Assembly (NCBI GenBank): GCA_963662795.1
Contig: OY759746.1
Coordinates: 1-64,000, forward strand
Direction of reading: 5' to 3'
From: Spirochaetia bacterium
Lineage (GTDB): Bacteria; Spirochaetota; Spirochaetia; CADAEX01
Length of the DNA stretch: 64,000 nucleotides
Shown here piece by piece: positions 1 to 9,551 of this stretch. Position numbers and translations under genes: made by a program. Position 1 is the first letter of the stretch; every line of letters starts with the position of its first letter. The notes under the pieces were generated by a model that worked only from the letters and a program-made list of their open reading frames with translations, made no database searches and was not told where the DNA came from.

Positions 1-615
1 CTCCTTTCCCCTATAGCTGGCAGGAATAAACCTTGCCGCTATAACAGAATCAAGAGCAGCCTTGTCAAGAACCGTATGCCCGCTTGACCTGTATATATCC
101 ACATTCAATGGAGTACCTGCCGGGTCAATATCAGCATCAAGGAGTACCTCACCTTCAAGCCCTCTCTTCACTGCATAACGGGGATATGTGGGGTTTAAGG
201 GTATGAGAATTTTCGCCCTGATAAAACCGGACTCTCCGGCGGCTCTTCCTGTGCGCCCGGAAAATGCGGTTTCACCTGATCCGGTCAGTACAGTATCACC
301 CGTAACTTCATCTGAAAATACCTCCTTTTCAAAGGTTTCAGTAATATCAGGTTTATCCTTAACCGCAGCTTCACTCATCGCCTGTACGGCTGTGACAGTT
401 TTTTCTGACACCTCAGCCGGGGACAGTTTATTCAGTGAAGCTTTTTTTACTTTTTGTCCTGAAAGATCAACTTTCAGGGTAATACTCTCCTCCGCCCGGA
501 CAGATGATACAGGCACCTCTTCCTGAACCGCAAGGGATATAACTGCAAACAGTGAGAAATGAAACAGCAGAGAGAGGAGGATCCATTTCCCTTCAGTATG
601 AACAGGATATACCAA
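1..615 (-). CDS. tonB: Energy transducer TonB (3' end runs off the window; absent from the ORF track)
   Basis: Manual minus-strand translation gives an N-terminal TM segment KWILLSLLFHFSLF (SxxxH motif), a spacer, then PTYPRYAVKRGLEGEVLL...SSGHTVLDKAALDSV, a TonB C-terminal domain. Probable TTG start at 615 after AGGGAG, overlapping the receptor stop. Confidence 0.88.
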   Translation of the reverse strand, partial: MVYPVHTEGKWILLSLLFHFSLFAVISLAVQEEVPVSSVRAEESITLKVDLSGQKVKKASLNKLSPAEVSEKTVTAVQAMSEAAVKDKPDITETFEKEVFSDEVTGDTVLTGSGETAFSGRTGRAAGESGFIRAKILIPLNPTYPRYAVKRGLEGEVLLDADIDPAGTPLNVDIYRSSGHTVLDKAALDSVIAARFIPASYRGKE

Positions 616-2569
616 ATTCAATCTCCCTTCCGTTTCCGGGGTAGTAATCAGTATAATAAACCAGCTGGGCATATTTTTTGTCTGCGGCATTCTTTATTTT
701 ACCGTAAACGGCAATATCTGCCATGCCTGTTTTTTTAGTTATCCCGGCACCTGCGTTAAAGAGAAGATACCCGTCAATTTTATCAAGATCATTGGCAGTA
801 TCGCCGCCCCTGTAATAGCTTCCTGAATAAATTATTTCGCTGTAAATTCTTGCCATTCCAGAGATTCGTACTTCCGGTAGAATTGAAAATCTGTGCCCTG
901 GAACTATCGGAATATCATTGTCTTTATCATCACCGCCGGCGAATTTCGCTATTGTATAATTATAGGTTCCGGTAATTGTAAAGTTATCAAACAGTTTTAC
1001 CGCTGCAAAAGATTCAACTCCCAGATGGATGGTTTTTTGAAGATTTTCATTCTGATCCGTTATCAAGTTATACGCTATCTCATCGTCCATAAGCAGGTAA
1101 AACCCATTGAAACCAATTGAAAGATATTCTCCGGCACCAGTCTGAAAACCGGCATCAAAGGAATCCCCTTTTTCAGGATCCAGATTTTTTGTAAAACCGT
1201 CAGATCCGTAGCCGGAATATACAATCTGCTCGTCAAGCAGCGGATATCTGAATATTTTTTCATATTTTACATAAACCTTACCCGACTTGCCGGATAAATA
1301 ATTAAGCCCGCTCCCCCATACGAATGAATAATAATTTGAAGAGTCTTTATCAGGGCCGAAATCAAATCTGTAGACTGCACTGTCATATCTGCCGGATAAG
1401 GTGAAAATCACCTTATCCGATAAAAAAACCTCACCCCTTGAATATATACCGAAGCTGTTTTTTTCACCGTCTCCTGAAAAAGTTTCTGCTGTGCGGTTTA
1501 AATCTGAATAACGTTTTACATCAATTGTGTCAAAATATAAATCAGCGCCGGTATTAATCGACATGCCGTACATAATTCCCGGAAAATCCAAAAGAACAGA
1601 AGGATTAACAGATACTGAATCAAGTTTCGTATCTGTATAACTGAACCACGAGGCCATGTCTGTCGCGGTATCTCGTGAACTGATTCCGGCCGCAAGAGAG
1701 ACGGCAGTATTATCTGTAATATCATAGCTGCCGGAGAGACGTATAAGTGAAGAATCTGTTTCCGCCTCATCATAAAGATTGACTGCCTCGTACGGGTCGT
1801 CTTTATACTGCTCTTCCGTAAGCCCTCCAGGCATTTCATGCTTTTCACTCCCCGAGGAAAGATGAAGCAGCCCTTTTAACCTATCGTCAGCCTTCGCTTC
1901 AAGATCAGCACTGAAGCTTACGACTTCTGTCCCTGTCCTTTCTCTGTACCCTCCGGTCCTGCTGTCAAGCGCAGATACACGAAGAGATAAAGCATCTCCC
2001 CCTATCGAGGAGCTGATTGATTTTTCCGAAAATTCGCTGCTTCCCCCCTTAAGCGCGGAATCAAGGGAAAAACCGTTTTCTCCTTTTTCAGGTATGATAT
2101 TTATTACAGAGGCGACCGCGAAATCCCCGTAAAGGGAGCTTGCCCCCCCCTTAACGACTTCAATCCTTTCAATCTTTCCTCCGGGAATAGTGAGCCAGTT
2201 AAAGGCAGACATATCAGGGTTATTCAGCCTTACTCCATCATAAAGGATAAGGACCCTTCCCTGCCCGTTTTCGGTAAAGCCTCTGGATGAAGGCTGAGAT
2301 GATGAAGATGACCCGTTGAATGAGCGGAAATCGATCCCTGCAAAAAGCGAGATTGCCTCAGGTATTGTCCTGTTTTCAAGCTGCTGTGCAGTTATCACTG
2401 TTACAGCGGACGGCACCTCGAGGTCTGCCTTTTCAGTCCTTGCCGCAGAAACAGAAACAGTAATGTCTGCCCGGGGCGCTTCCTTAAGGCCGCTGCCTTC
2501 AGATTCCTCTGCCATAGCTGAATAAAAAGAAAACGTAAAAATTAGTGCAATAATAAGATTTTTTTTCAA
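593..2569 (-). CDS. btuB: TonB-dependent receptor, BtuB-like cobalamin receptor
   Basis: Signal peptide, TonB-box-like VSVSAAR, plug motif IERIEVVKGGASSLYG and a C-terminal aromatic residue. Lies downstream of a cobalamin riboswitch. Start moved to TTG 2569 behind SD GAAAAGGAG (track ORF begins at 2626). Confidence 0.85.
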   Translation of the reverse strand: MKKNLIIALIFTFSFYSAMAEESEGSGLKEAPRADITVSVSAARTEKADLEVPSAVTVITAQQLENRTIPEAISLFAGIDFRSFNGSSSSSQPSSRGFTENGQGRVLILYDGVRLNNPDMSAFNWLTIPGGKIERIEVVKGGASSLYGDFAVASVINIIPEKGENGFSLDSALKGGSSEFSEKSISSSIGGDALSLRVSALDSRTGGYRERTGTEVVSFSADLEAKADDRLKGLLHLSSGSEKHEMPGGLTEEQYKDDPYEAVNLYDEAETDSSLIRLSGSYDITDNTAVSLAAGISSRDTATDMASWFSYTDTKLDSVSVNPSVLLDFPGIMYGMSINTGADLYFDTIDVKRYSDLNRTAETFSGDGEKNSFGIYSRGEVFLSDKVIFTLSGRYDSAVYRFDFGPDKDSSNYYSFVWGSGLNYLSGKSGKVYVKYEKIFRYPLLDEQIVYSGYGSDGFTKNLDPEKGDSFDAGFQTGAGEYLSIGFNGFYLLMDDEIAYNLITDQNENLQKTIHLGVESFAAVKLFDNFTITGTYNYTIAKFAGGDDKDNDIPIVPGHRFSILPEVRISGMARIYSEIIYSGSYYRGGDTANDLDKIDGYLLFNAGAGITKKTGMADIAVYGKIKNAADKKYAQLVYYTDYYPGNGREIEFGISCSY

Positions 2570-2720
2570 GAAAAACTCCTTTTCCGCCTTGAAAAAGAAG
2601 TCAGAGATAAGCATGCCCGTATTCAATCAAAAAACTCAGGTCCGCAAAACCGCACCCGCACTTTACAACAGACATATCAGCTTATTCCAACCCGATCCGC
2701 GAAGTTTGAATAATATGGTT

Positions 2721-2893
2721 GCTGTTTCAAGTATTCTGACTTATGGCTGCGGCACGAAATACATCATGCCTCCTCGCCCCTTCCCTTCCCGGATCATTTA
2801 ATCCAGTGGCAGGCATAAAGCCTCAAGGGGGTCTGTCGCCAATCACAGCAGCGGGTCTGTAGAGGATTTTCACCTCGCTTCCATGAATTCAGC
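2721..2893 (-). ncRNA. Cobalamin riboswitch
   Basis: Minus strand reads GGAAGCGAGGTGAAAATCCTCTACAGACCCGCTGCTGTGA...GCCACTG...GGGAAG...AAGTCAGAATACTTG (B12-box like), upstream of a TonB-dependent receptor. Confidence 0.9.
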
Positions 2894-2984
2894 ATATTAA
2901 TATTATACCGGATTAATAATTTATTCAACTTATAATCATTATTCTTATTGACTGAAAGCCCCTGCCGCGTGTCTAATTATTATC

Positions 2985-4043
2985 ATGACTCTAAACCGCA
3001 GGAAAACGGGCCTGACCCTTACAGGATTACTTGTGTTCCTCCTTTTTATGATTAACATCTCAAACGGTTTCGTAAAAATCCCTTTCCGGGACATTGCATT
3101 GATTATGCTCCGGAGCGGAAACACCGCCGGCATCGGGAATATCGGGGGTGACACAGGTAAACCCGCAGAAGAAAACAAGCAAATCAGAATTCAGAATATA
3201 GTACTTCAGATACGTTTTCCGCGGGCGCTCGCCGCAGCTTTCGGCGGGGCCGCACTTGCCCTCTGCGGCCTGCTTCTTCAGACCTTTTTCAGGAATCCGC
3301 TCGCAGGACCTGATGTATTAGGGATTGCATCAGGTGCCGGCCTTGGCGCGGCTGTTGCTATTCTTGCAGTTCCGGTTCTCCGGACCGGGGGAGTATCAGT
3401 TCTTGCGGCATCGATTACAGGCTCACTTACGGTCACAGCTCTTCTGATTTCTCTTGTAAAAAAATATGAAAGCATGACAATCACCCTACTGGCAGGGCTG
3501 CTGGCAGGATATTTTCTCCATTCACTTACAGGAATACTGATCAGATTTTCTTCAAACCAGGCTGTGAGGTCATACATCAACTGGTCTGCCGGCAGTTTCA
3601 GAAATATCGCAGGCAAGGATCTGTACATCTTTGTTCCCCTGCTCGCTGCATCATTTTTCGCAGCATTTCTCCTTTCAAAACAATGTGACCTCTACCTGCT
3701 TGGGGAAGATTACGCACTCAGCATGGGCTCTGATACAAAATACTTTCGATACTTTGTCATCCTGCTGACTTCTGTCATGACGGGAGCTGTTACGGCTCTT
3801 TGCGGACCGGTGTCATTTATCGGAATAGCCGCACCACACTTCTGCAGGATGGCCCTTAAAACAGACAGGCACAGCATCCTTATCCCCGGCGTAATATTTA
3901 CAGGCGCTGCCCTTGCACTTGCAGCAGATACGATTTCCTCTCTTCCAGGCAGCGGCATGATGCTGCCTCTCAATTCAGTGACCGCCATTATTGGAACGCC
4001 TGTCGTTATAAAAGTCCTGCTGAAGGGGTATTATGAAAGATAA
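2985..4043 (+). CDS. FecCD/BtuC-family ABC permease (cobalamin/iron chelate)
   Basis: Motifs IRFPRA, QTFFRNPLAGPDVLGIASGA, LGEDYALSMG and GPVSFIGIAAPH. Confidence 0.93.
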   Translation: MTLNRRKTGLTLTGLLVFLLFMINISNGFVKIPFRDIALIMLRSGNTAGIGNIGGDTGKPAEENKQIRIQNIVLQIRFPRALAAAFGGAALALCGLLLQTFFRNPLAGPDVLGIASGAGLGAAVAILAVPVLRTGGVSVLAASITGSLTVTALLISLVKKYESMTITLLAGLLAGYFLHSLTGILIRFSSNQAVRSYINWSAGSFRNIAGKDLYIFVPLLAASFFAAFLLSKQCDLYLLGEDYALSMGSDTKYFRYFVILLTSVMTGAVTALCGPVSFIGIAAPHFCRMALKTDRHSILIPGVIFTGAALALAADTISSLPGSGMMLPLNSVTAIIGTPVVIKVLLKGYYER

Positions 4044-4845
4044 CAAATCCCCGCTGCTTGAAATCAGAAACCTTGCGACAGGCTATAAATCAGGCAAAAT
4101 ACCTAAAGAAGTAACAAAATCCTTCACCACTTCGGTTTCTGAAGGAAATATAATCTGCCTGATAGGCCCGAACGGCTGCGGAAAGACTACACTGCTTAAA
4201 ACAATCTCGGGAATGATAAAACCTCTTTCCGGTACTGTTCTTTATGCCGGCGAAGGAAAAACTGATGATATAAGCAAAATGAGCGCGGGTGAACTTGCAT
4301 GCAGAAGGGCCCTTGTTCTTACAAAACCGCCTGAGCCGGGGATGATGAGCGTTTCTGAAATAGTATCTCTCGGCAGGGCGCCTCATACAGACTGGAAAGG
4401 AAAACTTTCCGCCGGGGATAGAGAAGCAGTAAATAATTCCCTTGAGATAACAGGATCTGCGCCCCTTTCAAACCGTATATTCAGAACTTTGAGCGACGGT
4501 GAAAAACAGAAAGTGATGATCTCAAGAGCACTGGCACAGGATACTCCCCTCATTTTTTTCGATGAACCTGCGGCATTCCTTGATCTTCCCTCCAGAATGG
4601 AGCTGTCGTGGCTCCTTACCGGTATCAGGGACAAAGGGGGGAAAACCCTTGTCATAACGACACACGATATTGATTTTGCCCTGAAATATTCAGATTTAAT
4701 GTGGATTATTGATTCAAAAGGAACAGTTTATGACGGACTGCCGGACAATCTTGCGACCGGCGGTACAATTGGCAAGGTTTTTTCACGCGGAGATATTACA
4801 TTCAATATTGAAAAAAGGCAGTTCGAGAACCGGCTGCATCCCTGA
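4033..4845 (+). CDS. ABC ATPase of cobalamin/iron-chelate transporter
   Basis: Walker A GPNGCGKTT, signature LSDGEKQK, Walker B FFDEP and H-loop THD. Overlaps the permease. Confidence 0.95.
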   Translation: MKDNKSPLLEIRNLATGYKSGKIPKEVTKSFTTSVSEGNIICLIGPNGCGKTTLLKTISGMIKPLSGTVLYAGEGKTDDISKMSAGELACRRALVLTKPPEPGMMSVSEIVSLGRAPHTDWKGKLSAGDREAVNNSLEITGSAPLSNRIFRTLSDGEKQKVMISRALAQDTPLIFFDEPAAFLDLPSRMELSWLLTGIRDKGGKTLVITTHDIDFALKYSDLMWIIDSKGTVYDGLPDNLATGGTIGKVFSRGDITFNIEKRQFENRLHP

Positions 4846-4895
4846 TTGACGAAAAGCACCTCTACTGAAACCCTGATCATATTGGCAATAAAAAA

Positions 4896-6071
4896 TCACT
4901 TAACCTCTGTAAAATAATTCAAATCCTCCGTCCCTGAAACCTGGGGATGAAATATTTTTATCAGATCAGAAAGTATTCTGTCAGGGTAAGCAGTTCCCTC
5001 ATCCCAGTATGGATTGCCCCCTTCTGTCTCAAGCAGATTATTGTTGTAAATCTTCCCTTCTTTGAAAGCTCTGAAAAGAGCATAGCGGCTGTCTTTTTTT
5101 AAAATATCATCTTTTGTTAATATTCCGGAGGAATTGACAAGCCAGATTCGGGCATCTCCTGCAAGAGAGAAAACTGTTTCAAAATCAAGGAAAATGCTTC
5201 CGGTGTTATCGTCATCATTCCAGGGGTATAATGCTCCCGCATCGGAAAAAAGAATCCCGGCATAACTTCGTCCACCCGGCAAACCCCAGCTGTCGCCGTA
5301 GATCATATTTGATAAAACAACAGGTTTTTTATCAGGACCTTTGGAAGCGTCTTCCGCAGTTTCCTTCAGTGCCTTGTACCGCTCAGATGTAAGGCGGAAC
5401 AGTTCTCTCCCCTTTTCTTCCCTGTCAAGGAAAAGAGAAACAAAAACAATCCATTCCGCCCTTCCGAGCGGATGACTTTCCAGCCAGCCGGCAGTAACAA
5501 TTACAGGAAATCCCTGTTCACCGAGAAGAGCCGTACCGTCATAATCCCCTCCGGTCCATGGGGAGAAAACCGCATCAGGGGTAATCGCGTAAAGTATTTC
5601 TGTATCAATATCCCTCCCTTCTCCGGTCTGGATAATCTTTCCTGACCGTACAAGTTCCTTTACTTCACTCAACGATGTGTTTTTCTGGAGATCAATCCCT
5701 TTCAGTTTATCAAGTTCACCAAGAGCATCAAGAAATACAATATTCTCTGAGGAGAGTGAAACTACCCTTTCAACAGGTATTTTTATAAATATCCGGTGCT
5801 GCCGCTTTGGAAGTTTTTCATCCTTGAATATGATATCCGGTTTTACATCGCGGTACAGGTAATAGGAATACTCCGATCCTCCTCCGTCCCTCACAACAAC
5901 ATTACGGTAATTGCTGTAATCAGTTATTGTAAAATTGTCGGCATACAGATTTTCAAGGATACTACCTTCAGGATATTGCTGTTTTATTGCCGTTGAAGTG
6001 CTGCCGCCTCTGCAGGAGAACAACAGGGCGGGAATAACAAAAACAACCACGTATCTGAATAAAGGTTTCAT
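4896..6071 (-). CDS. ABC substrate-binding lipoprotein (BtuF/iron-chelate type)
   Basis: Lipobox LFSC; motifs IPVERVVSLS, ESHPLGRAEW and PDRILSDLIKIFHP. Confidence 0.88.
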   Translation of the reverse strand: MKPLFRYVVVFVIPALLFSCRGGSTSTAIKQQYPEGSILENLYADNFTITDYSNYRNVVVRDGGGSEYSYYLYRDVKPDIIFKDEKLPKRQHRIFIKIPVERVVSLSSENIVFLDALGELDKLKGIDLQKNTSLSEVKELVRSGKIIQTGEGRDIDTEILYAITPDAVFSPWTGGDYDGTALLGEQGFPVIVTAGWLESHPLGRAEWIVFVSLFLDREEKGRELFRLTSERYKALKETAEDASKGPDKKPVVLSNMIYGDSWGLPGGRSYAGILFSDAGALYPWNDDDNTGSIFLDFETVFSLAGDARIWLVNSSGILTKDDILKKDSRYALFRAFKEGKIYNNNLLETEGGNPYWDEGTAYPDRILSDLIKIFHPQVSGTEDLNYFTEVK

Positions 6072-6301
6072 TATTTAAAAATATCATAAACCGCACAATT
6101 TTTCTCTTTTATTTGCCTCTGGAAAGGCGTTATTGCACAAAAATGAATATTTCAACTAATCTGCATCACAAAATTTTTAAAGCTTGCCGGAATCTGCAAT
6201 GCCATTATATAATTTCAGTGTTTAATCATTTATAAATTTCTTTTTGTAAAATGATCGATAGTTATCAAAAATATAGAAAGAAATGTATTTTTGGAGGAGA
6301 G

Positions 6302-6577
6302 ATGGAAAACGCAAAACTGTATGTAGGTAATCTTAATTATTCTGTTGAATTCGGGGAATTGAAAGAACTTTTTGCAGCCTACGGTGAAGTTAAATTTGTC
6401 AAGATTATTGAGGGAAAAGGATTCGGCTTTGTTGAAATGGCAAACGCTGCAGATGCGGAAAAGGCAAAAAATGAACTTAATGGAACAGATTTCAAAGGAA
6501 GGAAACTGAGAATCGACGAGGCACGGCCCCAGCAGGACCATGGACAGAGACCTCCGAGACAGCCGAGAGAGTTTTAA
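6302..6577 (+). CDS. RRM (RNP-1) RNA-binding protein
   Basis: RNP2 LYVGNL and RNP1 KGFGFVEM. SD GGAGGAG precedes ATG 6302. Confidence 0.95.
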   Translation: MENAKLYVGNLNYSVEFGELKELFAAYGEVKFVKIIEGKGFGFVEMANAADAEKAKNELNGTDFKGRKLRIDEARPQQDHGQRPPRQPREF

Positions 6578-6602
6578 GTATGCAATAAATACTATTTTCA
6601 TG

Positions 6603-6641
6603 ATAAAGCCTGTATTTACTCTGAAAACAGGCTTTATTTTT
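6603..6641 (+). terminator. Intrinsic terminator
   Basis: ATAAAGCCTGT...ACAGGCTTTAT stem followed by a T-run, just after the RRM gene. Confidence 0.75.
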
Positions 6642-6782
6642 GAAATAATCAGAAATATATAATATACATCATGGAAATTTAAGATTATTTATTATACAAA
6701 AAACAGACTCCGACAGTATTAAAAAATATTTACCCGGAGTATATTATTGAATTATATTATTAATACATGATTCTGGAGGAGT

Positions 6783-7790
6783 ATGGAACATAAATATACT
6801 GTAACTGACCTTTCCGTGCTTACACCCTGGTATACAAAGTTTGCAGTTGAACCTCTGTTGAAATTTGTTCCATGGTGGCTGCCGGCCAACATTATCACGC
6901 TGCTGTCGAATTTCTGCGTTTTACTGGCGCTCGTGTTTACAGTTCTTTATACGGCAGGCGTATTTAAATTCTGGCTGCTTGTCCCGCTGCTTATAATGGC
7001 CTATGTAACCGGCGACAGCCTGGATGGTAAACAGGCCAGGAGAACAAAAACAAGCTCTGTGCTTGGGGAGTTTCTTGATCACTTTCTTGATATTTTTACA
7101 AACGGATTGCTGGTCTCTATGACGCTTTTGGTTTATGGAATTACTGAACCGGCGTTTATCTCCCTTTATCTGGTAATAAGCTATATTACACTCTCAGGCA
7201 ATTATTTTGAACAACACAAATACCGTGTTATGTTTTTTGAAAAAATTGGAGCATTTGAGGCTGTAATAGTGATTGTCATTGTCCTGTCTCTCGGGTTTAT
7301 TGAGACTTCAAGAAATTTTCTGCTGAAAGATGTCTTTGCCCAGATTTCGATATTTGACATGATGCTTATGGTGATTACTTTCGGCTCACTTTATACATTA
7401 AAAAGAAGTCTTGACAGATCAGGCAACTCGGTAATAAAAGGGTTCCTGATATTTTTCCTGCTGACAGTATCAACAGCCTTTTTCGCGGCCCGCTTCCTGC
7501 CGGGAGCGGCAATAATGTTCGTAATGACCGCCTACTGCGGAACATTTATCGGAAAACTGCATATAGCTTACCTGCTAAGGGAAAATGAACCTAAAGCTGA
7601 TTTTATATTCCCGTTATTTCTCGGGATAGCTTATTTATTTAAACTGCCGGTCAGTGTGACAGTTCCGGCTGCGGTGATTTACCAGACACTTAATATTGTC
7701 ATAACATTTACCGGAGGCTTCATGAACTTCAGAAAATACTGGCTGTGGGTAAATCCGGGACCTGAATTCGTAGACATTTACACAACGTAA
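6783..7790 (+). CDS. CDP-alcohol phosphotransferase, choline/ethanolamine-phosphotransferase-like
   Basis: Motif DSLDGKQARRTKTSSVLGEFLDHFLD, PANIITL and many TM segments. Confidence 0.88.
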   Translation: MEHKYTVTDLSVLTPWYTKFAVEPLLKFVPWWLPANIITLLSNFCVLLALVFTVLYTAGVFKFWLLVPLLIMAYVTGDSLDGKQARRTKTSSVLGEFLDHFLDIFTNGLLVSMTLLVYGITEPAFISLYLVISYITLSGNYFEQHKYRVMFFEKIGAFEAVIVIVIVLSLGFIETSRNFLLKDVFAQISIFDMMLMVITFGSLYTLKRSLDRSGNSVIKGFLIFFLLTVSTAFFAARFLPGAAIMFVMTAYCGTFIGKLHIAYLLRENEPKADFIFPLFLGIAYLFKLPVSVTVPAAVIYQTLNIVITFTGGFMNFRKYWLWVNPGPEFVDIYTT

Positions 7791-7840
7791 AGCACCTTCA
7801 GATTATTTGGTGTAATTATATAAAACCTTTTCTTTCATTA

Positions 7841-7884
7841 ATACCCGGGATTTATGTGAATTAATTCTACCCGGGTGTTTTTTT
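7841..7884 (+). terminator. Intrinsic terminator
   Basis: ATACCCGGG...CCCGGGTGT stem followed by a T-run. Confidence 0.6.
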
Positions 7885-7929
7885 CGCTTTCAATGTTGGT
7901 CATAACCGGCTTTTAAAACTGGAGGAATT

Positions 7930-8091
7930 ATAAAGGCTCGTGATTTTCACCTTATCGGATGGATACTCTTTCCGGTATCAGCTGTATTCTTTATCATAAC
8001 AGGCGAATCAATGATGCAGATGGTTGCATCAATTACATTTCCTGCAGGATGTATTGTTTTTCTTGTATCACTCCTTATTTTCGGACAGTAA
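7930..8091 (+). CDS. 53-aa two-TM membrane protein with ATA start (or recent pseudogene)
   Basis: GGAGG at 7921-7925, then an open frame IKARDFHLIGWILFPVSAVFFIITGESMMQMVASITFPAGCIVFLVSLLIFGQ*. Confidence 0.5.
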   Translation: MKARDFHLIGWILFPVSAVFFIITGESMMQMVASITFPAGCIVFLVSLLIFGQ

Positions 8092-8163
8092 TATTTCTTT
8101 ACAATTGCCTGAGCCCTGAATCAGTAGTATCATGAATAAATAATTAAAAATGAGGTAATAAAC

Positions 8164-9231
8164 ATGCCGCTTTTTACTACAAATTTTCAGGAAAAGGTCG
8201 GGCTGCCGCCGGGAACACTCATCCATGTAGGAGAAAAAAGACCTGGCAACTGCAAGATCACAGTTATCGCTTACGATGAAAACAATGTAGAAGAAAAAGA
8301 ATTAAAGAGTATTGAAGAATCGTTTTCATACAGGGACAAGCCCGGCATCACATGGATAAACATAGACGGTGTTCATCAAACCGAAATCATTGAAGCAATA
8401 GGGGCTCACTTCGGCATACACTCACTTGTCCTTGAGGATATTGTCAATACAACACACCGCCCGAAAATGGAAGATCTTGAAGATTACATTTTCATTGTTC
8501 TGAAAATGCTCTATTACGAGGGTAATGGGAATGAGATAACAGCAGAACAGGTAAGCCTTATAATTGGTACTGATTTTGTAATTTCATTCCAGGAGAAGGA
8601 AGGAGATACATTTGATCCCATCAGAAAACGTCTCAGAAACAACAGCGGCAGGATCAGGAAAAAAGGCGCCGACTATCTGGCATACTCACTGATGGACACA
8701 ATAGTTGATAATTATTTTGTAATACTGGAAAAAATCGGAGAGGAAATCGAGGAAATTGAGGAAGAGGAACTGCTTGAAAACCCCTCAAGGGAAACAGTTC
8801 ATGTAATTCACAGCCTTAAAAGGGAAATGATACAGCTAAGGAGATCTGTCTGGCCGCTCCGTGAAGCTACCGGCGTACTTGAACGGGGAGAATCAAAGCT
8901 TATCCATAAATCAACACGCATCTACTTAAGGGACCTCTATGATCATACAATACAGGTTATTGACACAATTGAAAACTCAAGGGACATGCTTTCAGGACTG
9001 CTGGATATTTACCTTTCAAGCATGAGCAACAGGATGAATAATGTCATGAAAGTGCTTACCCTTATTGCCACGATATTCATGCCGCTTACATTTATAGCCG
9101 GAATATACGGTATGAATTTCGCCAATATGCCGGAACTGCATTGGAGGTACGGTTACCCGGGAGTGCTCATTGCCATGCTCGCATCAGGCCTTTCCATGGT
9201 GATCTATTTTAAAGCTAAAAAATGGTTATAA
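8164..9231 (+). CDS. corA: Magnesium/cobalt transporter CorA
   Basis: GLPPGTL N-terminus, GIYGMNF and MPEL motifs, two C-terminal TM helices. Confidence 0.97.
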   Translation: MPLFTTNFQEKVGLPPGTLIHVGEKRPGNCKITVIAYDENNVEEKELKSIEESFSYRDKPGITWINIDGVHQTEIIEAIGAHFGIHSLVLEDIVNTTHRPKMEDLEDYIFIVLKMLYYEGNGNEITAEQVSLIIGTDFVISFQEKEGDTFDPIRKRLRNNSGRIRKKGADYLAYSLMDTIVDNYFVILEKIGEEIEEIEEEELLENPSRETVHVIHSLKREMIQLRRSVWPLREATGVLERGESKLIHKSTRIYLRDLYDHTIQVIDTIENSRDMLSGLLDIYLSSMSNRMNNVMKVLTLIATIFMPLTFIAGIYGMNFANMPELHWRYGYPGVLIAMLASGLSMVIYFKAKKWL

Positions 9232-9383
9232 ATCAGAAAACCCGGATATTCAGTCATTTATAATTTCTATAACCTATCATCGCTGCAATTGTTTTATTGG
9301 TAACATATCCTGGAATATGAAATCAGGAGACAATTGAATTAGACGGAAGAAATACGGAAGGCAGGATTCTGCCTGAGCTTCAT

Positions 9384-9503
9384 ACCACTGCAGACTATAT
9401 ATCAGTCGATCCTGCAATTGCGGCAAAAAATATCGCGACACTCGACAGGCTGGCGGTGATTCTTTAAAAGTTCAGCAATTATGATATTGCGCTTGAAGGC
9501 CGG
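9384..9503 (+). pseudogene. Fragment of an OmpA-domain protein
   Basis: TADYISVDPAIAAKNIATLDRLAVIL*KFSNYDIALEG with an in-frame TAA at 9465. Resembles the OmpA-C helix followed by IxxEG(H). Confidence 0.5.
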
Positions 9504-9551
9504 AAGACTTTTGCATAAGCCGGATTTAATAATCAATATAAAGGATTTGTC

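Noticed and set aside
188-526. 112-aa plus-strand ORF
   Set aside because: Antisense shadow of tonB, which has clear motifs on the minus strand.
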